From Oculina patagonica (taxonomy: Eukaryota), in the NCBI RefSeq assembly GCF_052425735.1, contig NC_135769.1, positions 16,926,001 through 16,990,000 on the forward strand: 64,000 nucleotides of DNA, read 5' to 3'. Numbering within the stretch: the stretch's first letter is position 1; the number at the start of each line of letters is the position of its first letter. A program made the position numbers and the translations under genes. This document shows positions 12,601 to 24,846 of the stretch, piece by piece. The notes under the pieces were generated by a model that saw only the letters and a list, made by a program, of their open reading frames with translations, had not been told where the DNA came from and made no database searches.

Positions 12601-13510
12601 GGGACTGGTCAATAAGTATCAGGGGGGTGGGCCGGAGCAATTGGAAAAGTGGTGGCTCGAAAATTTGTGACCCACCCCTTCCGTCTGGCTCAAAACTGAC
12701 TAACCCACCCCTAACAGGCGGTTGAAAATGACATGACCCACCCCCTTTGCTAAAAAAAAAATCAAGGGACCTATCATTTCTTTTACATCTGTTAGGGGTT
12801 GGAGATTTTTTATTTGACTTCAGCTTTTAAAGTGAAATTCCCTACATAGACATTTCCCTGATGGACATTGCTGTTCCATGTACGTCCTTTTCCATTTCTT
12901 GCACACCAAAGAAGGATGAATTTATCACTTCTCATACTAGCCTTTTGTAAGTTTTCCACATATTTGTGTGTAAAGTCCATGGGGAAACTGAATCAGTATA
13001 TGATATTAATTCATAATCAATTACTGAAGAGTTCATATTTTTATACAGAAATTAATAACATAAAATACAACCACTGTCAGTCATTCATATTTGCAAATTA
13101 TTTGAGAAAAGAGTTTATTGGTATTTAAAAAAGGCCTAAAGCCCAGCTTGAATCTATGCAGGTTGAAGAGAGTCAGGTAAAACTGATGATATGATTACAA
13201 GCCATCTAGGGGGGTCAGGGGGCATGCTTCCCTGGGAAATGTTTATATTTGGGCCTTTTGAAATCGCTAGAAATTCATTTAAAACTGCTTAAATGGAGAA
13301 ATTTATCAATTTTATATACTGATGAATACAACTTTTCTTGGAACTATAACAGTTAAAAGTTAGTGAATAAATAAGATGACCCACCCCCTACGTGTAGATC
13401 AAAACTACATAACCCACCCCTTTTCGAGGGCTCGAAAACTGATGACCCACCCCCTTTCTGCTCCGGCCAACCCCCCCCCCCCCCCCCCTCTGTACTTATT
13501 GACCAGTCCC
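12601..13510. mobile_element. PIF/Harbinger-type non-autonomous element
   Basis: TIR GGGACTGGTCAATAAGTA/TACTTATTGACCAGTCCC, TAA TSD; empty sites at ~3280 and ~57552. Confidence 0.88.
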
Positions 13511-15609
13511 TAACGACGTGAAATGACCAAAATTCTGCGTAGTCTGGAGAACGTGGACCACGGCGGCGAATTTTTTGTGTTTCTAATTATAACCTCAGCG
13601 GCACTAACATGTTCAGTTCGAGCTTAGTTCTGACTAACAATGAAAAACGCTGATACTTCCGAAAGCACCGAGGATCAATAAGAACTGTTACAGTATTGCT
13701 TACGCATGGCGCCAAATGGTGCGGTACATAGCGTTGGTTCGGGCTGAGTTTCTGATGAAACTAGCGAGGGTGACGTATAAAAAGCTTTAATAGGCAAGCC
13801 TTCAAAAATGTTCATCTCTTCATGTTATAATAAAATAAAGAATCTCGATTTTTTTTTTCATTCGCTTTCGATGTTTTTGTTTAATCTTGTTTGGAGCTTG
13901 AACAGCTGTAGTATTTCTCGAACCAAAATCCAAACAAACAATCAACTTTGACTCAGAAAATGATGATTAAAAATTGAAGCTTTTTGTACGTCGCTCATAC
14001 AGGTTTTCGAACATTTTAGCTGTGACTCAAATCCTCTAAAAATCGATTTTTTTTAACTTACAGCCTTGATCCAACTCCTTGATCCTTCAAAATAAACGCT
14101 AATGAAAGAGTTTATCTTATGACTGCCTCTGTGGGCAATCAAGATGAAGCAAATCATGTTTTGTGATTGGCTAGCCGAGTGGTCAAGATGGTGCCATCTT
14201 GACCGCTCGGCATGGCCGGTTATGTCGCCGCAGGCGAGAAAAACTTTTACTGACGCTGCTCCAAAGAGTTTTCCCTCGTAAATTTGCACTATGAAAACTA
14301 TTTAATTTAAACGACATTACAAAATCTTAGTAAAAAAATATGCTAAACGGGATAAAGGACTAACTAAACAACTTAAGGATCAGTAACTTCTTAGTTTTGA
14401 AGGCGGTAGGTGTAAGCGTTTTAGTTTTGAGAATTTTCCAGCATATTGAACAGAAGGCTTTTAACAAACATTTTTTCATTCATTTCTTTTTCATTATTTA
14501 TCACCCAGCTCAAAATTTACCATCTGTCGTTTATTAAACAACTCAATAATAAATAATAAAGAGAGGATTCTTAGAACGGGGTATGATATCTTGAATGCAC
14601 GAAAGTTTTAACTTATCAACAGCCAGAATGGGGTATTAAAAATTGACCTATTTCTTAATCGGGGTATCATTTTGAAAGTAAATTCTTTATAAAATAGTGT
14701 TAATCTGGAGTTCCGGCCGGCACATACCCAATTCAATATTCCACTATGAAAGCGACAAACAAAAAGAGCTCTATAGATTCCAGAAGCACTTGAAATGAAT
14801 GAAAACCTTCACTGGATTAAAAAAAATCCAAAAAAGTAAAGGATTCGGGGAAAACCCTGAGGTCACGACTGGTTGAGTGCAAAAGGTAGGCAGTGGCACT
14901 CAAACTTTTCCTCTATGAGGACGCAAGATGCATAGCAATATCTACTTCTTACATTTATTAACGTTTTCATAAATTAGATATTTTTTGTGTGCTTTTGAGG
15001 AAAGAAAAACCGGGATTCGAGATAGCGATGGAAAAAAGTGCAGGATGCGGGATTTGAATGGAAAGGAGCGAAAAATGAGGAATCAGGACCCGACCCACCC
15101 ACCACCACCCTCCCCCCCTTCTTCCAGACTCTGTATAAACTGCAATATCCATTCTTAAAACCTTATCACGACTTATTCATGTTATAAATATATCCTTTTT
15201 ATGCTCTTTGACTCTTTCATCTTCATATGTTACACGGTAGCGCCTAGTATTGGCCCAGCTGGGCTAGCTGAGTGCTGTATGCCACGAAGATATATAGGTT
15301 ACTACCAACTTAACAATAATTCGGGCTGCGCTATAGCTAGTAGGCACGCTGCTTGAACATTCCCTCTTTACCATTCACATTATAATCACTAGTACGAGTA
15401 CGTAAGCATCAGAGAGATATGAAAAGCGGCTTGTACATTAATCAGGGAAGCTTAGAAGTACTTAATGTTACAGTGGTATTTCTTTGCGCCTGTATAAGTC
15501 TATATGTCTTGCTACAAATGCAACAGCTTGCATTATTGTTCAATACCAAAACAGAAAAACTCCCCCCAATAAGTTCGCAGATCAGCAATGTCGAAATCAT
15601 CAAGTCCAA

Positions 15610-16048
15610 GTCACCACGCGTCTCGCGTAGCTCGGTTTGTTAGAGCGCCCAACCGGTATCTGGGAGGCCATGGGTTTGATTCCCGTCGGGGACTCAGAAT
15701 TTTTCTTTGTCCCATGCTCGTGTCATTGTTGATAACTTCATCTTCGTTATTTATCACCGAACTTAAAATTTACCATCTTAATTATTTACTACAAACTTGA
15801 TGCTTTCAACATTGCTGATCCTAGTAGTATGCAGGACGCGTGTCACATATCAACCTTGTAAATGGCCAAGCTCACCACGAGTCACTCGTAGCTCAGTTGG
15901 TTAGAGCGCCCAACCGGTATCTGGGAGGCCATGGGTTCGATTCATGTCGGGTACTCAGAATATTTCTTTGTCCCATGCTCGTGTCATTGTTGATAACTTC
16001 ATCTTCATTATTTATCACCGAGCTTAAAATTTACCATCTTTAATATTT
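15610..16048 (+). mobile_element. Tandem pair of tRNA-derived family A repeats (~260-bp period)
   Basis: Two copies of caccacgag...tagctcagttggttagagcg...ggttcgattc...aaaatttaccatct. Confidence 0.78.
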
Positions 16049-16384
16049 ACTAGTTAACTTTATATTTAACCTGCGAGTTATTGACAAATTTATCAGTCAA
16101 AATCGTAGGTAATGACAACAATGATGAAAGCGAATTTATATGCAGTGCTTATTCTCGTTTTTGAAATCACTAATAGAAGGTCTAAGAACCGTACAACGCT
16201 TATACTCATACGGCTGCTTTTATATCTCGGGTCTACTTTTCTAAACTAAGTTTTCTTACTGACTGAGTTACAGAACACAGACATACTTTGTTAAGCTAGC
16301 TTTTTTCCTTTCACAAAACGTTAAAGTTTAAAAAAACACCAACCTCCTTACTTTTTAATTTAGCAGTCTTTTCATAGCGCTTTT

Positions 16385-17190
16385 TATACTCAATGCGCTT
16401 GAGTGGACTCAGTGATAAAAAGGTTTAAAAACTTAGTCCTAAGCACCACAATTCTATTGTTTGCCACCGACACCACCACCGCCACGATTCTACACTACAA
16501 CAATTCCGTGCCGCCGTCTCCTCCTCGCCCTCAATTCTATTTTTTACCTCCTTCTTCTCCACAGTCCTATTATTTTTTTGTCCACAACCACCTCCACCAC
16601 CACCACCACTACGACCGCTACCGTGACCATTACCATCACCACCGCGACTACCACCATCACCTCCACGACCACCCACGCCCACCTCCCCACACACACACCG
16701 CCAACACGGTTATATTGTGTGCCATATCCACATCCACATCCACCGCCACCACCACAACCACAAGGTCGAGTTGAGGTCGATGTGTGGTTGCTGTGAGGTC
16801 GATGGAGGGTCAACCCAGAACAGGAAAGTTTCTCAGTTCACGCTCTTGTGCTTGGTTACCCCGCTTATACCCCCATCTATACACCCTTTGCACCTTGCAT
16901 TGACCCTCCATCGCCCTTCACACCAACCCTACATCGACCTCACGTCGAACCCGTGGTTGTGGTGGTAGCGGTGCACGGTTGTGGTACAAAATAAACTTGT
17001 GTGGCAGGGGTGGTGATGGGTGTTCGTGGTGGTGGTAGAGGACGTGGTTGTGGAGGAGGAGAAGGAGGAGAAGGAGGAGAAGGAGGAGAAGGAGGAGGTA
17101 GTGGTGCAGGTGAAGGTGGTCGTGGTGATGGTAATGGACGCGGTGGTGACCGTAGCGGTGGTGGTGGTTGAGGTGGTTGTGGACGGGGAA
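16385..17190. repeat. Fold-back copy truncated at both outer ends
   Basis: Same inner arms and spacer. Confidence 0.85.
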
Positions 17191-17498
17191 CGCCTAAAAC
17201 ATCCCCACCATACTACTCAAGTTACAACTCTCACTTCAAAGAGACGTTCCAACAGCTTTCATCTATTTTTTTGGGAAATGTGGTTGCTTACAGACATTTT
17301 TTGTGTTATTATATGACCGTATGCTTGCATTGGCCTTGAAAGCTGCGTTTGTTCTATTGTTGATAAAACACCTAAAGCTTCCTCAGTTCTCTTTTTTTTT
17401 TTTGAAGACAAGTTGAGCAATCAGTCCCTGCATCTCCTGTTACCTGTTTATTCTCTGAAATTCGCTTCGTTAAGTATGATTTTTGTCGTGACAATCTC

Positions 17499-18503
17499 TT
17501 ATTTAAATGCTGATGAAAATGAGAATGGTGTTGGTGCCGCTGTGTTACACACGGATTCCTCAGTTCCATTAATTGGTTGCCCTGTTGTAGGCCCCACTTG
17601 CACAACAGCTGCCTGTCCTCTTGCTGTTTGCCTTTTCTTGCACAACAACATATCACGAAGATGTTCACGGAAGCTTTTTAACCGCATGCTGTACAACACC
17701 GGATTGATACAAGAGTTGAAGGTGAGCAATAATGTGCCACTCTTATCGTACCACGAACCAATAACATTTCCACCCCAGGGCACCATCACGTAAGCTGTCA
17801 AGTTTGGAATCCAAGAAGCTGCATAGATCACGCTGACTGCAATCAGCGTTATGGTAACTTGCTTTCGATAGCGTAGTGCAGCCCTCTGGGAAGCTTCTAA
17901 ATTCTCGACTGTATTGAACCACAGGTGATGCACAACTCTAGAGTATAGGAACACCATGATGCACACAGGAACTATGCCTGCTAAAACCATCCAAACCAGG
18001 CTGTGCACTTTGTCTACGTCGCCAAAGTTGCCGCCACGTTTGCACAAACGTAAGTTAGGTTGATAATATCTGGTCATAAAGATAGGTATATTAATCAATA
18101 AAGCAAATGTCCATGCAAGGGTGATGAAGACCTTAAGACGTCGCCTTGTAAATCTACCGCGCTGGCGAAGCGGATGAATAATGGCAAAGTAACGTTCAAT
18201 GGCGATGTAGACCAAGCACAAACTGGACACAGCACCACCAACCCACGCTATAGCTCCGTCTGTGAAAAATTTACACAGATATTGACCAGTCTGTCCTTCG
18301 GGGTGGACAATGAATTTAGATTGTATCATAATGTACTGAATACCTATGGACAAGGCGAACATCATGTCGGCGACAGCTAAATTGACCAGTAGATAATTGA
18401 GCGTAGTCTGCATGGGCTTGTTGACAAGGACAGTTAAAATGACCAGCGTGTTGCCGACCAGGAATATAAGTACAAGGATTGATAACGATACGATAAATAT
18501 CAT
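17499..18503 (-). CDS. GPCR copy 3 (334 aa), 7TM intact, C-tail shortened by a stop
   Basis: All class A motifs present; ends SSAFK* where copy 6 continues SSAFKEEMV. Confidence 0.85.
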   Translation of the reverse strand: MIFIVSLSILVLIFLVGNTLVILTVLVNKPMQTTLNYLLVNLAVADMMFALSIGIQYIMIQSKFIVHPEGQTGQYLCKFFTDGAIAWVGGAVSSLCLVYIAIERYFAIIHPLRQRGRFTRRRLKVFITLAWTFALLINIPIFMTRYYQPNLRLCKRGGNFGDVDKVHSLVWMVLAGIVPVCIMVFLYSRVVHHLWFNTVENLEASQRAALRYRKQVTITLIAVSVIYAASWIPNLTAYVMVPWGGNVIGSWYDKSGTLLLTFNSCINPVLYSMRLKSFREHLRDMLLCKKRQTARGQAAVVQVGPTTGQPINGTEESVCNTAAPTPFSFSSAFK

Positions 18504-19322
18504 GTTAACACGAAAGCAGATCCACTTTGAGACCCCTTTGATCTAAAAGTGAAAACACATTATTACAAATTAATGATAGCTTTTCTCACTAAAAGCGATC
18601 AGTGCAGATATTGCAATTCAACACATACCTACACATCTGAGCCAAGTACATCGATTTTTCACCATAATAATAATAACATATCTGACAGGCGATAATGAAA
18701 TTATAAAAGGACTATGTGGAGCCAAGTGGCCCATACCGCTGGAGCTTTTCCTGGTTCCTTTAGCATTAAGCGACTAGAAGTGTTTCTACTCCCCCCTGGA
18801 TGGGATGCTAGTACATTGCAGGGTTACCTTTAGCATTAAATCGCCAGTACCCATTTAAACACCAGGGTGGAGAGAAGCACTTTAAGTGTCTTGCCCAAGA
18901 AAACGACACATGCAATGACCCCGTCTTGGGCTCCAACTTGGACCGCTCGATCCGGAGTATGTATATGTTAAGTAGTCCTTATTGCGAATAAATAACTGTG
19001 TTCTTGTGAGAAAGTCCCGTTAAGGCCTCAAATTTTACAAAAAAAGATCGAAAGGAAAGCCTGTAATAACTCCCTCCAGCTGAAGAATATCGTCTATTAC
19101 CAAGTATGAGAGGGAACATTCAAATCAGTGCTTCTGTTACATTTTAACGCAAGGCTGCAAAGAGCCCATACTGTTGCTTTCAGCGTCATTAAAGGTACAA
19201 TTTTTCTAACCCAAAAGTACAGTTACATCCGCAATAGTCAACGAGGATCGTTTCTTTTGGAGCTGTCTAAACAATGTAAAAAACTGAAAATAAAAAAGAT
19301 TGCGGTCGAACCTACTTATGAT

Positions 19323-19636
19323 TTCACTATTGACGGTAAATGGTACAGCACGGCTTGGAAAGCACTGTGTTGGAAGAAGAAATGCTTCTGTGATGCAAAG
19401 CTTTGGTTTTAAATTACTGATTGCAAAGCCTTTTCGCCTCTTTATGTACAGAAACATTAATTTGAATTCATTATTGTCTTCACTATTGACGGTAAATGGT
19501 ACAGCACGGCTTGGAAAGCACTGTGTTGGAAGAAGAAATGCTTCTGTGATGCAAAGCTTTGGTTTTAAATTACTGATTCCAAAGCCTTTTCGCCTCTTTA
19601 TGTACAGAAACATTAATTTGAATTCATTATTGTCTT
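19323..19636. repeat. 156-bp direct tandem duplication
   Basis: ttcactattgacggtaaatgg...ttcattattgtct twice; single copy in paralogs near 22590 and 31730. Confidence 0.9.
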
Positions 19637-20315
19637 CTTTTAAGTACTGTTTTAGAAGGACTGCAATTGACTCAAGCTCCAAAAAAAGCTAAACAAAAAA
19701 AGGAGAAAACAAATGAAGAAATGATGAGAGTCGATATTGCTCAGCGGTCCTTATTTATCTTTTGGTATAATGCTGAATAAACATTTCTTTTATTTCATTT
19801 TTAATTAATTTTTCTTACCTCAGTATTTGTCTTCACGATCAGTAGGCAAAATTCGTAGGCACAGTTCATGAAGATTTTGTATTTACATTACATTTTCGAC
19901 CAAGCTTGAAAACATGCAAAAGAGGGTTTTCTTCTTCAACAAAAATTGCTTCGAAAACTATTAGTACAAATAGTAGTTTACATGGTTTTTTATATCTATA
20001 AGAATAAGCATTTTTCATTACTTTGGAACCGTGCCGAGTTATTATTGGATTTTTCATTTTCACAAGACAAAAGCCCTTTTATAAAAAGTTCTACACCTGC
20101 AAAAGACCCTTGACACGGTTTGTACAATCTATTTCCTATTAACAGAAAAAGTGCTCATGGAACGTAACGTGACAATAATTTTACACTTCCTAGGGTCATC
20201 ACTGAATAATAGATGTGTTTTCAATTAGTATAGCACTGACACTGGGCATCCGGATGGCCTTTTTGTAACTTTCATCTTTTCTCTGTTGTAAAATTGTTGC
20301 ATTGAGTAAATAGAT

Positions 20316-20486
20316 GCTGGTCTGCTGCCGGCTGTAGCTTGCATCCCTGTGGTGTTTGCTATTTTATCTCAAATCAGGCAAATCCTCCGTGCGCTGTACC
20401 AGTGTGTTAGACTCGTGTACGAATACACGACGTCTCTGCGATCTTTCTCAAGGTCTAGTCAGGACCTGATTGAGCGGGATTATGCT
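20316..20486 (+). pseudogene. Remnant of the 3' end of the beta-helix membrane gene
   Basis: ggtctgctgccggctgtagcttgc...gattgagcgggattatg matches about 47540-47717. Confidence 0.82.
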
Positions 20487-20766
20487 AAGTACTTGCCGGG
20501 AACATAAGCAAGTTAGTCTACCTAATGCTTACTACGAACTCACTTCGAAAGACGTTACCACAGCTTCCATCTCCTTTTTGCGAAAATCGGTTGCTTACAT
20601 AACATAACATAGAACTTTACAGACACGTTTCTGTGTAATTATTGAGTTGCTGGCTTGCATAAGCCTTTAAAGTTTCGATAGTTGCTAAAGCACTTAAAGC
20701 TTTCTCACTGTTCATATTTTCCTGCAGACAAGTTGAGCAATCAGTCCCAGCATCTCCTGTTACTCC

Positions 20767-21891
20767 TTAACACTCTGTATATAGTGTGCATGTGGCTGTC
20801 ACTATGTTCCCTTTGTCTGCTGCAGCGCCACAAATTGTCAAATATTTTCTCCTGGATTTCTCTACGTTAAGTGACGTTTCCGTCGTGGTAATTTCTCCTG
20901 AGGAAAATAAGAATGGTGTTGGTGCTGCTGTGTTACGCGCAGATATCTCAGTTCCATTATTTGGTTGCCCTGTTGTAGGCCCCACATGCACAACAGCTGC
21001 TTGTCTTCCGACTGTTTGCCTTTTCTTACACAACAGCATATCACGGAGATGTTCACGGAAGCATTTCATCCGCATGCTGTACAACACCGGATTGATACAA
21101 GAGTTGAAGGTTACTGATAATCTACCACTCTTATCGTACCACGAACCCATAACCACTCCACCCCAGGATTTTAAGACGTAAGCTGTTAAGTTAGGAATCC
21201 AGGAAACTGCGTAGATCAGGCTGACCGTAATCAGCGTTGTGGCAACTTGCTTACGATAGCGTAGTGAAGCCCTCTGGGAAGCTTCCAAATTCTCGATTGG
21301 CTTGAACCACAAGTGATGCACTACCCTGGAGTACAGGTATACCATGATGCTTACAGGGACTATGCCTGCTAGAACCATCCAAACCAGACTGTCTACTTTG
21401 GCCTCGACGTAGCCAAAGTTACCGTCACGTTTGCACAAACGTTGGTCGGGTTGAAAATATCTGGTGTCCATAAAGGCAGGCACGTTCATAAAAATAGCAA
21501 AACTCCATGCAAGGACGATGAAGACTTTCAGACGTCGCCTTGTAAATCTACCGCGCTGGCGAAGCGGATGAATAATGGCAAAGTAGCGTTCAACAGCGAT
21601 GTACACCAAGCACAGAATGGATACAGCAGCACCAACCCACGCAATAGCTCCGTCTGTGACAAATCTACACAGGTATCGGCCTGTCTCTCCTTCGGGGTGG
21701 GCAATGGATGGCATCATAACGTACTGAATACCTATGAATAAGGCGAATGTCATGTCGGCGACAGCTAAATTCACCAGTAGATAATTGAGCGTAGTCTGCA
21801 TGGGCTTGTTGATAAGGACAGTTAAAATGACCAGCGTGTTGCCCACCAGAGATATAAGTACAAGGATTGCCAACGCCACGATAAATATCAT
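20767..21891 (-). CDS. GPCR copy 4, intact (374 aa)
   Basis: GN, NLAVAD, ERY, SWIP and NPVLY motifs; uninterrupted ORF. Confidence 0.92.
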   Translation of the reverse strand: MIFIVALAILVLISLVGNTLVILTVLINKPMQTTLNYLLVNLAVADMTFALFIGIQYVMMPSIAHPEGETGRYLCRFVTDGAIAWVGAAVSILCLVYIAVERYFAIIHPLRQRGRFTRRRLKVFIVLAWSFAIFMNVPAFMDTRYFQPDQRLCKRDGNFGYVEAKVDSLVWMVLAGIVPVSIMVYLYSRVVHHLWFKPIENLEASQRASLRYRKQVATTLITVSLIYAVSWIPNLTAYVLKSWGGVVMGSWYDKSGRLSVTFNSCINPVLYSMRMKCFREHLRDMLLCKKRQTVGRQAAVVHVGPTTGQPNNGTEISARNTAAPTPFLFSSGEITTTETSLNVEKSRRKYLTICGAAADKGNIVTATCTLYTEC

Positions 21892-23437
21892 GTTAACACG
21901 AATTCAGAGACACTATGATCTAAAAGTAAAAAAACACATAATAAGATATTAATGATAGTTTATATCACTAAAAGCTATCACGGCAGATATTGCAATCCAA
22001 CACGTACATACATATCTTAGCCAAGTACATCGATTTGACACCATAAAATAACATATCTGACAGGTGATTATAAACTTACCCTGGATGGGATGCTAGTCCA
22101 TCGCATGGTTACCCCCAGCATTAAATCGCCAGTACCTATTTATACACCAGGGTGGAGAGAAGCACTTTAAGTGTCTTGCCCAAGAAAACGGCAAATGCAA
22201 TGACCCCGGCTAGGGCTCCAACCTGGACCGCTCGATCCGGAGTATGTATATGTTAGGTAGTCCTTATTGCAAATAAATAACTGTGTTCTTGTGAGAAAGT
22301 CCCGTTAAGGCCGCAAATTTTACAAAACAAAATTGGAAGGGAAGCCTGTGAAAACTCCCTCCAGTTGAAGAATATCGTCTATTACCAAGTATGAGAGGGA
22401 ATATTGAAATCAGTGCTTCTTTTACCTTTTAACAAAAGACTGCAAAGAGCCAATACTGTTGCTTTCAGCGTCATAAAAGGTACAATTTTTCCAACCCAAA
22501 AGTACAGTTACATCCGCAATAATCAACGAGGATCGTTTCTGTACAATGTAAAAAAAAATAAAATATTTTGCGGTCGAACCTACTTACGATTTCACTATTG
22601 ACGGTAAATGGTACAGCACGGCTTGGAAAGCACTGTGTTGGAGGAAGAAATGCTTCTGTGATGCAAAGCTTTGGTTTTAATATACAGATTCGAAAGCCTT
22701 TTCGCCTCGTGATGTACAGAAAGCTTAAATTTAATTCATTTTTTCTTCCTTTAAGTATTGCTTTTAGAAAGACTGCAATTGACTCAGGCTCAAAAAACAA
22801 AGCTAAGCAAAAAAAGAAAACAAATGAAGAAATGATGAGATTCGTTATTGCTCAGCGGTCCTTATTTATCTTTTAGTATAATGCTGAATAAACATTTATT
22901 TTATTTTTTAATTAATTTTTCTTTCCCCAGTGTTTGACTTCACGATCAGTAGGCAAAATTTATAGACACAGTTCATGAAGAGTTTTTTGTGATAACAGGT
23001 GTTTCTGAATTTCATTACACAAGGGAATTTTTAACCAAGCTTGAAAACATGTAAAAGAAGGCTTTACTTCCTGAACAAAAACTGCTTCGAAAACAATAAC
23101 AACAAATAGTATTTTACCTTGCTGTCTATATCTATAAGAAAAAGCATTTTTGATTACTTTTGCGCCCTGTCGAGTTATTATTGGATTTTTCATTTTCACA
23201 AGACAAAAGCCCTTTTATAAAAAAAGAGATCCTCGCCACGGTTTGTACAATTTATTTCGTACCAATAGAAAAAGTGCTCATGGAACGTAACGTGACAATA
23301 ATTTTACACTTCCTAGGGTCATCACTGATTAATAGATGTGTTTTCAATCAGTATAGCACTGACACTGAGCATCCGGATGGCCTTTTGGTAACTGTCATCT
23401 TTTCTCTGTTGTAAAATTGTTGCATTAAGTAAATAGA

Positions 23438-23608
23438 TGCTGGTCTGCTGCCGGCTGTAGCTTGCATCCCTGTGGTCTTTGCTATTTTATCTCAAATCAG
23501 GCAAATGTTCAGTGCTCTGTACCAATGTGTTCGACTCGTGCACAAATACACACCGTCTCTGCGTTCTTTCTCAAGGTCTAGTGAGGACCTGATTGAGTGA
23601 GATTATGC
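23438..23608 (+). pseudogene. Remnant of the 3' end of the beta-helix membrane gene
   Basis: Same segment and junction as 20316. Confidence 0.82.
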
Positions 23609-23885
23609 TAAGTACTCGCCGGGAACATGAGCAAATTTGTCTATGTAATGCTTACTACGAACTCCGCGCTTCTAGAGGCGTTTCCACAGCTTCCATCTCC
23701 TTTTTGCAAAAACGTTTGCTTACATAACATAACATAAAACTTTACAGACATGTTTCTATGTTATGATTGAGTTGCTGGCTTGCATTAGCTTTTTAAAAGT
23801 GCGATAGTTGCTAAAGCACCTAAAGCTTTCTCACTTTTCATATTTTCCGGCAGACAAGTTGAGCAATCAGTCCCAGCATCTCCTG

Positions 23886-24846
23886 TTACTCCTTTACACT
23901 CTGTATATAGTGTGCCGTCACTATATTCCCTTTGTCTGCTGCAACGCCACAAATTGTCAAAGACTTTCTCCTGGATTTCTCTACGTTAAGTGGTGTTTCC
24001 GTCGTGATAATTTCTGCTGAGGAAAATGAGAATGATGTTGGTGCTGCCGTGTTACGCGCGGATTCCTCAGTTCCATTGACTGGTTGCCCTGTTGCAGGCC
24101 CCACATGCACAACAGCTGCCTGTCCTCTGACTGTTTGCTTTTTCTTGCACAACAACATGTCACGGAGATATTCACGGACACTTTTCATCCGCATGCTGTA
24201 CAACACCGGATTAATACAAGCGTTGAAGGTTACCGATAATGTACCACTCTTACCGTACCACGAACCCATAACCACTCCACCCCAGGATTTTAAGACGTAA
24301 ACTGTCAAGTTTGGAATCCTGCAGGAGACTGCGTATATTACGCTGACCGCAATCAGCGTTGTGGTAACTTGCTTGCGATACCGAAGCGCAGCCTTCTGGG
24401 AAGCTTCTAAATTCTCGGCTGGCTTAAACCACAAGTGATGCACTACTCTGGTATACAGGTATACCATGATGCTTACAGGGATTATGCCTGCTAGAACCAT
24501 CCAAATCAGACTGTCTACTTTGGCTTCCACGTCACCAAATTTACCTTCCTTTTCGCACAAACGTAAGTCAGGTCGATAATACCCCGTGCTCATAAAGTCA
24601 GGAACATTTATCAAAACAGCAAAAATCCATCCAAGAACAATGAAGGCTTTCAGACGCCGCCTTGTAAATCTACCACGCTGGCGAAGCGGATGAATAATGG
24701 CAAAGTAGCGTTCAACAGCGAAGTAGACCAAGCACAGAATGGATACAGCACCACCAACCCACGCTATAGTCCCGTCTGTGAAAAAGTTACTCAAATATAG
24801 GCCTGCCTGTCCTTGGGGGTGAGCAATGGATGGCATTATAATGTAC
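23886..24846 (-). pseudogene. GPCR copy 5, 5' part (TM1-TM2) lost at the LINE junction
   Basis: Paralog similarity stops at about 24846 (ataatgtac|cagaag); TM3 Cys replaced (YLSNFF); TM6 SWIP altered to SCRIP. Confidence 0.88.

Noticed and set aside
19206-19692. ORFs with an internal 52-aa repeat
   Set aside because: Product of a 156-bp non-coding duplication; not open in paralogs
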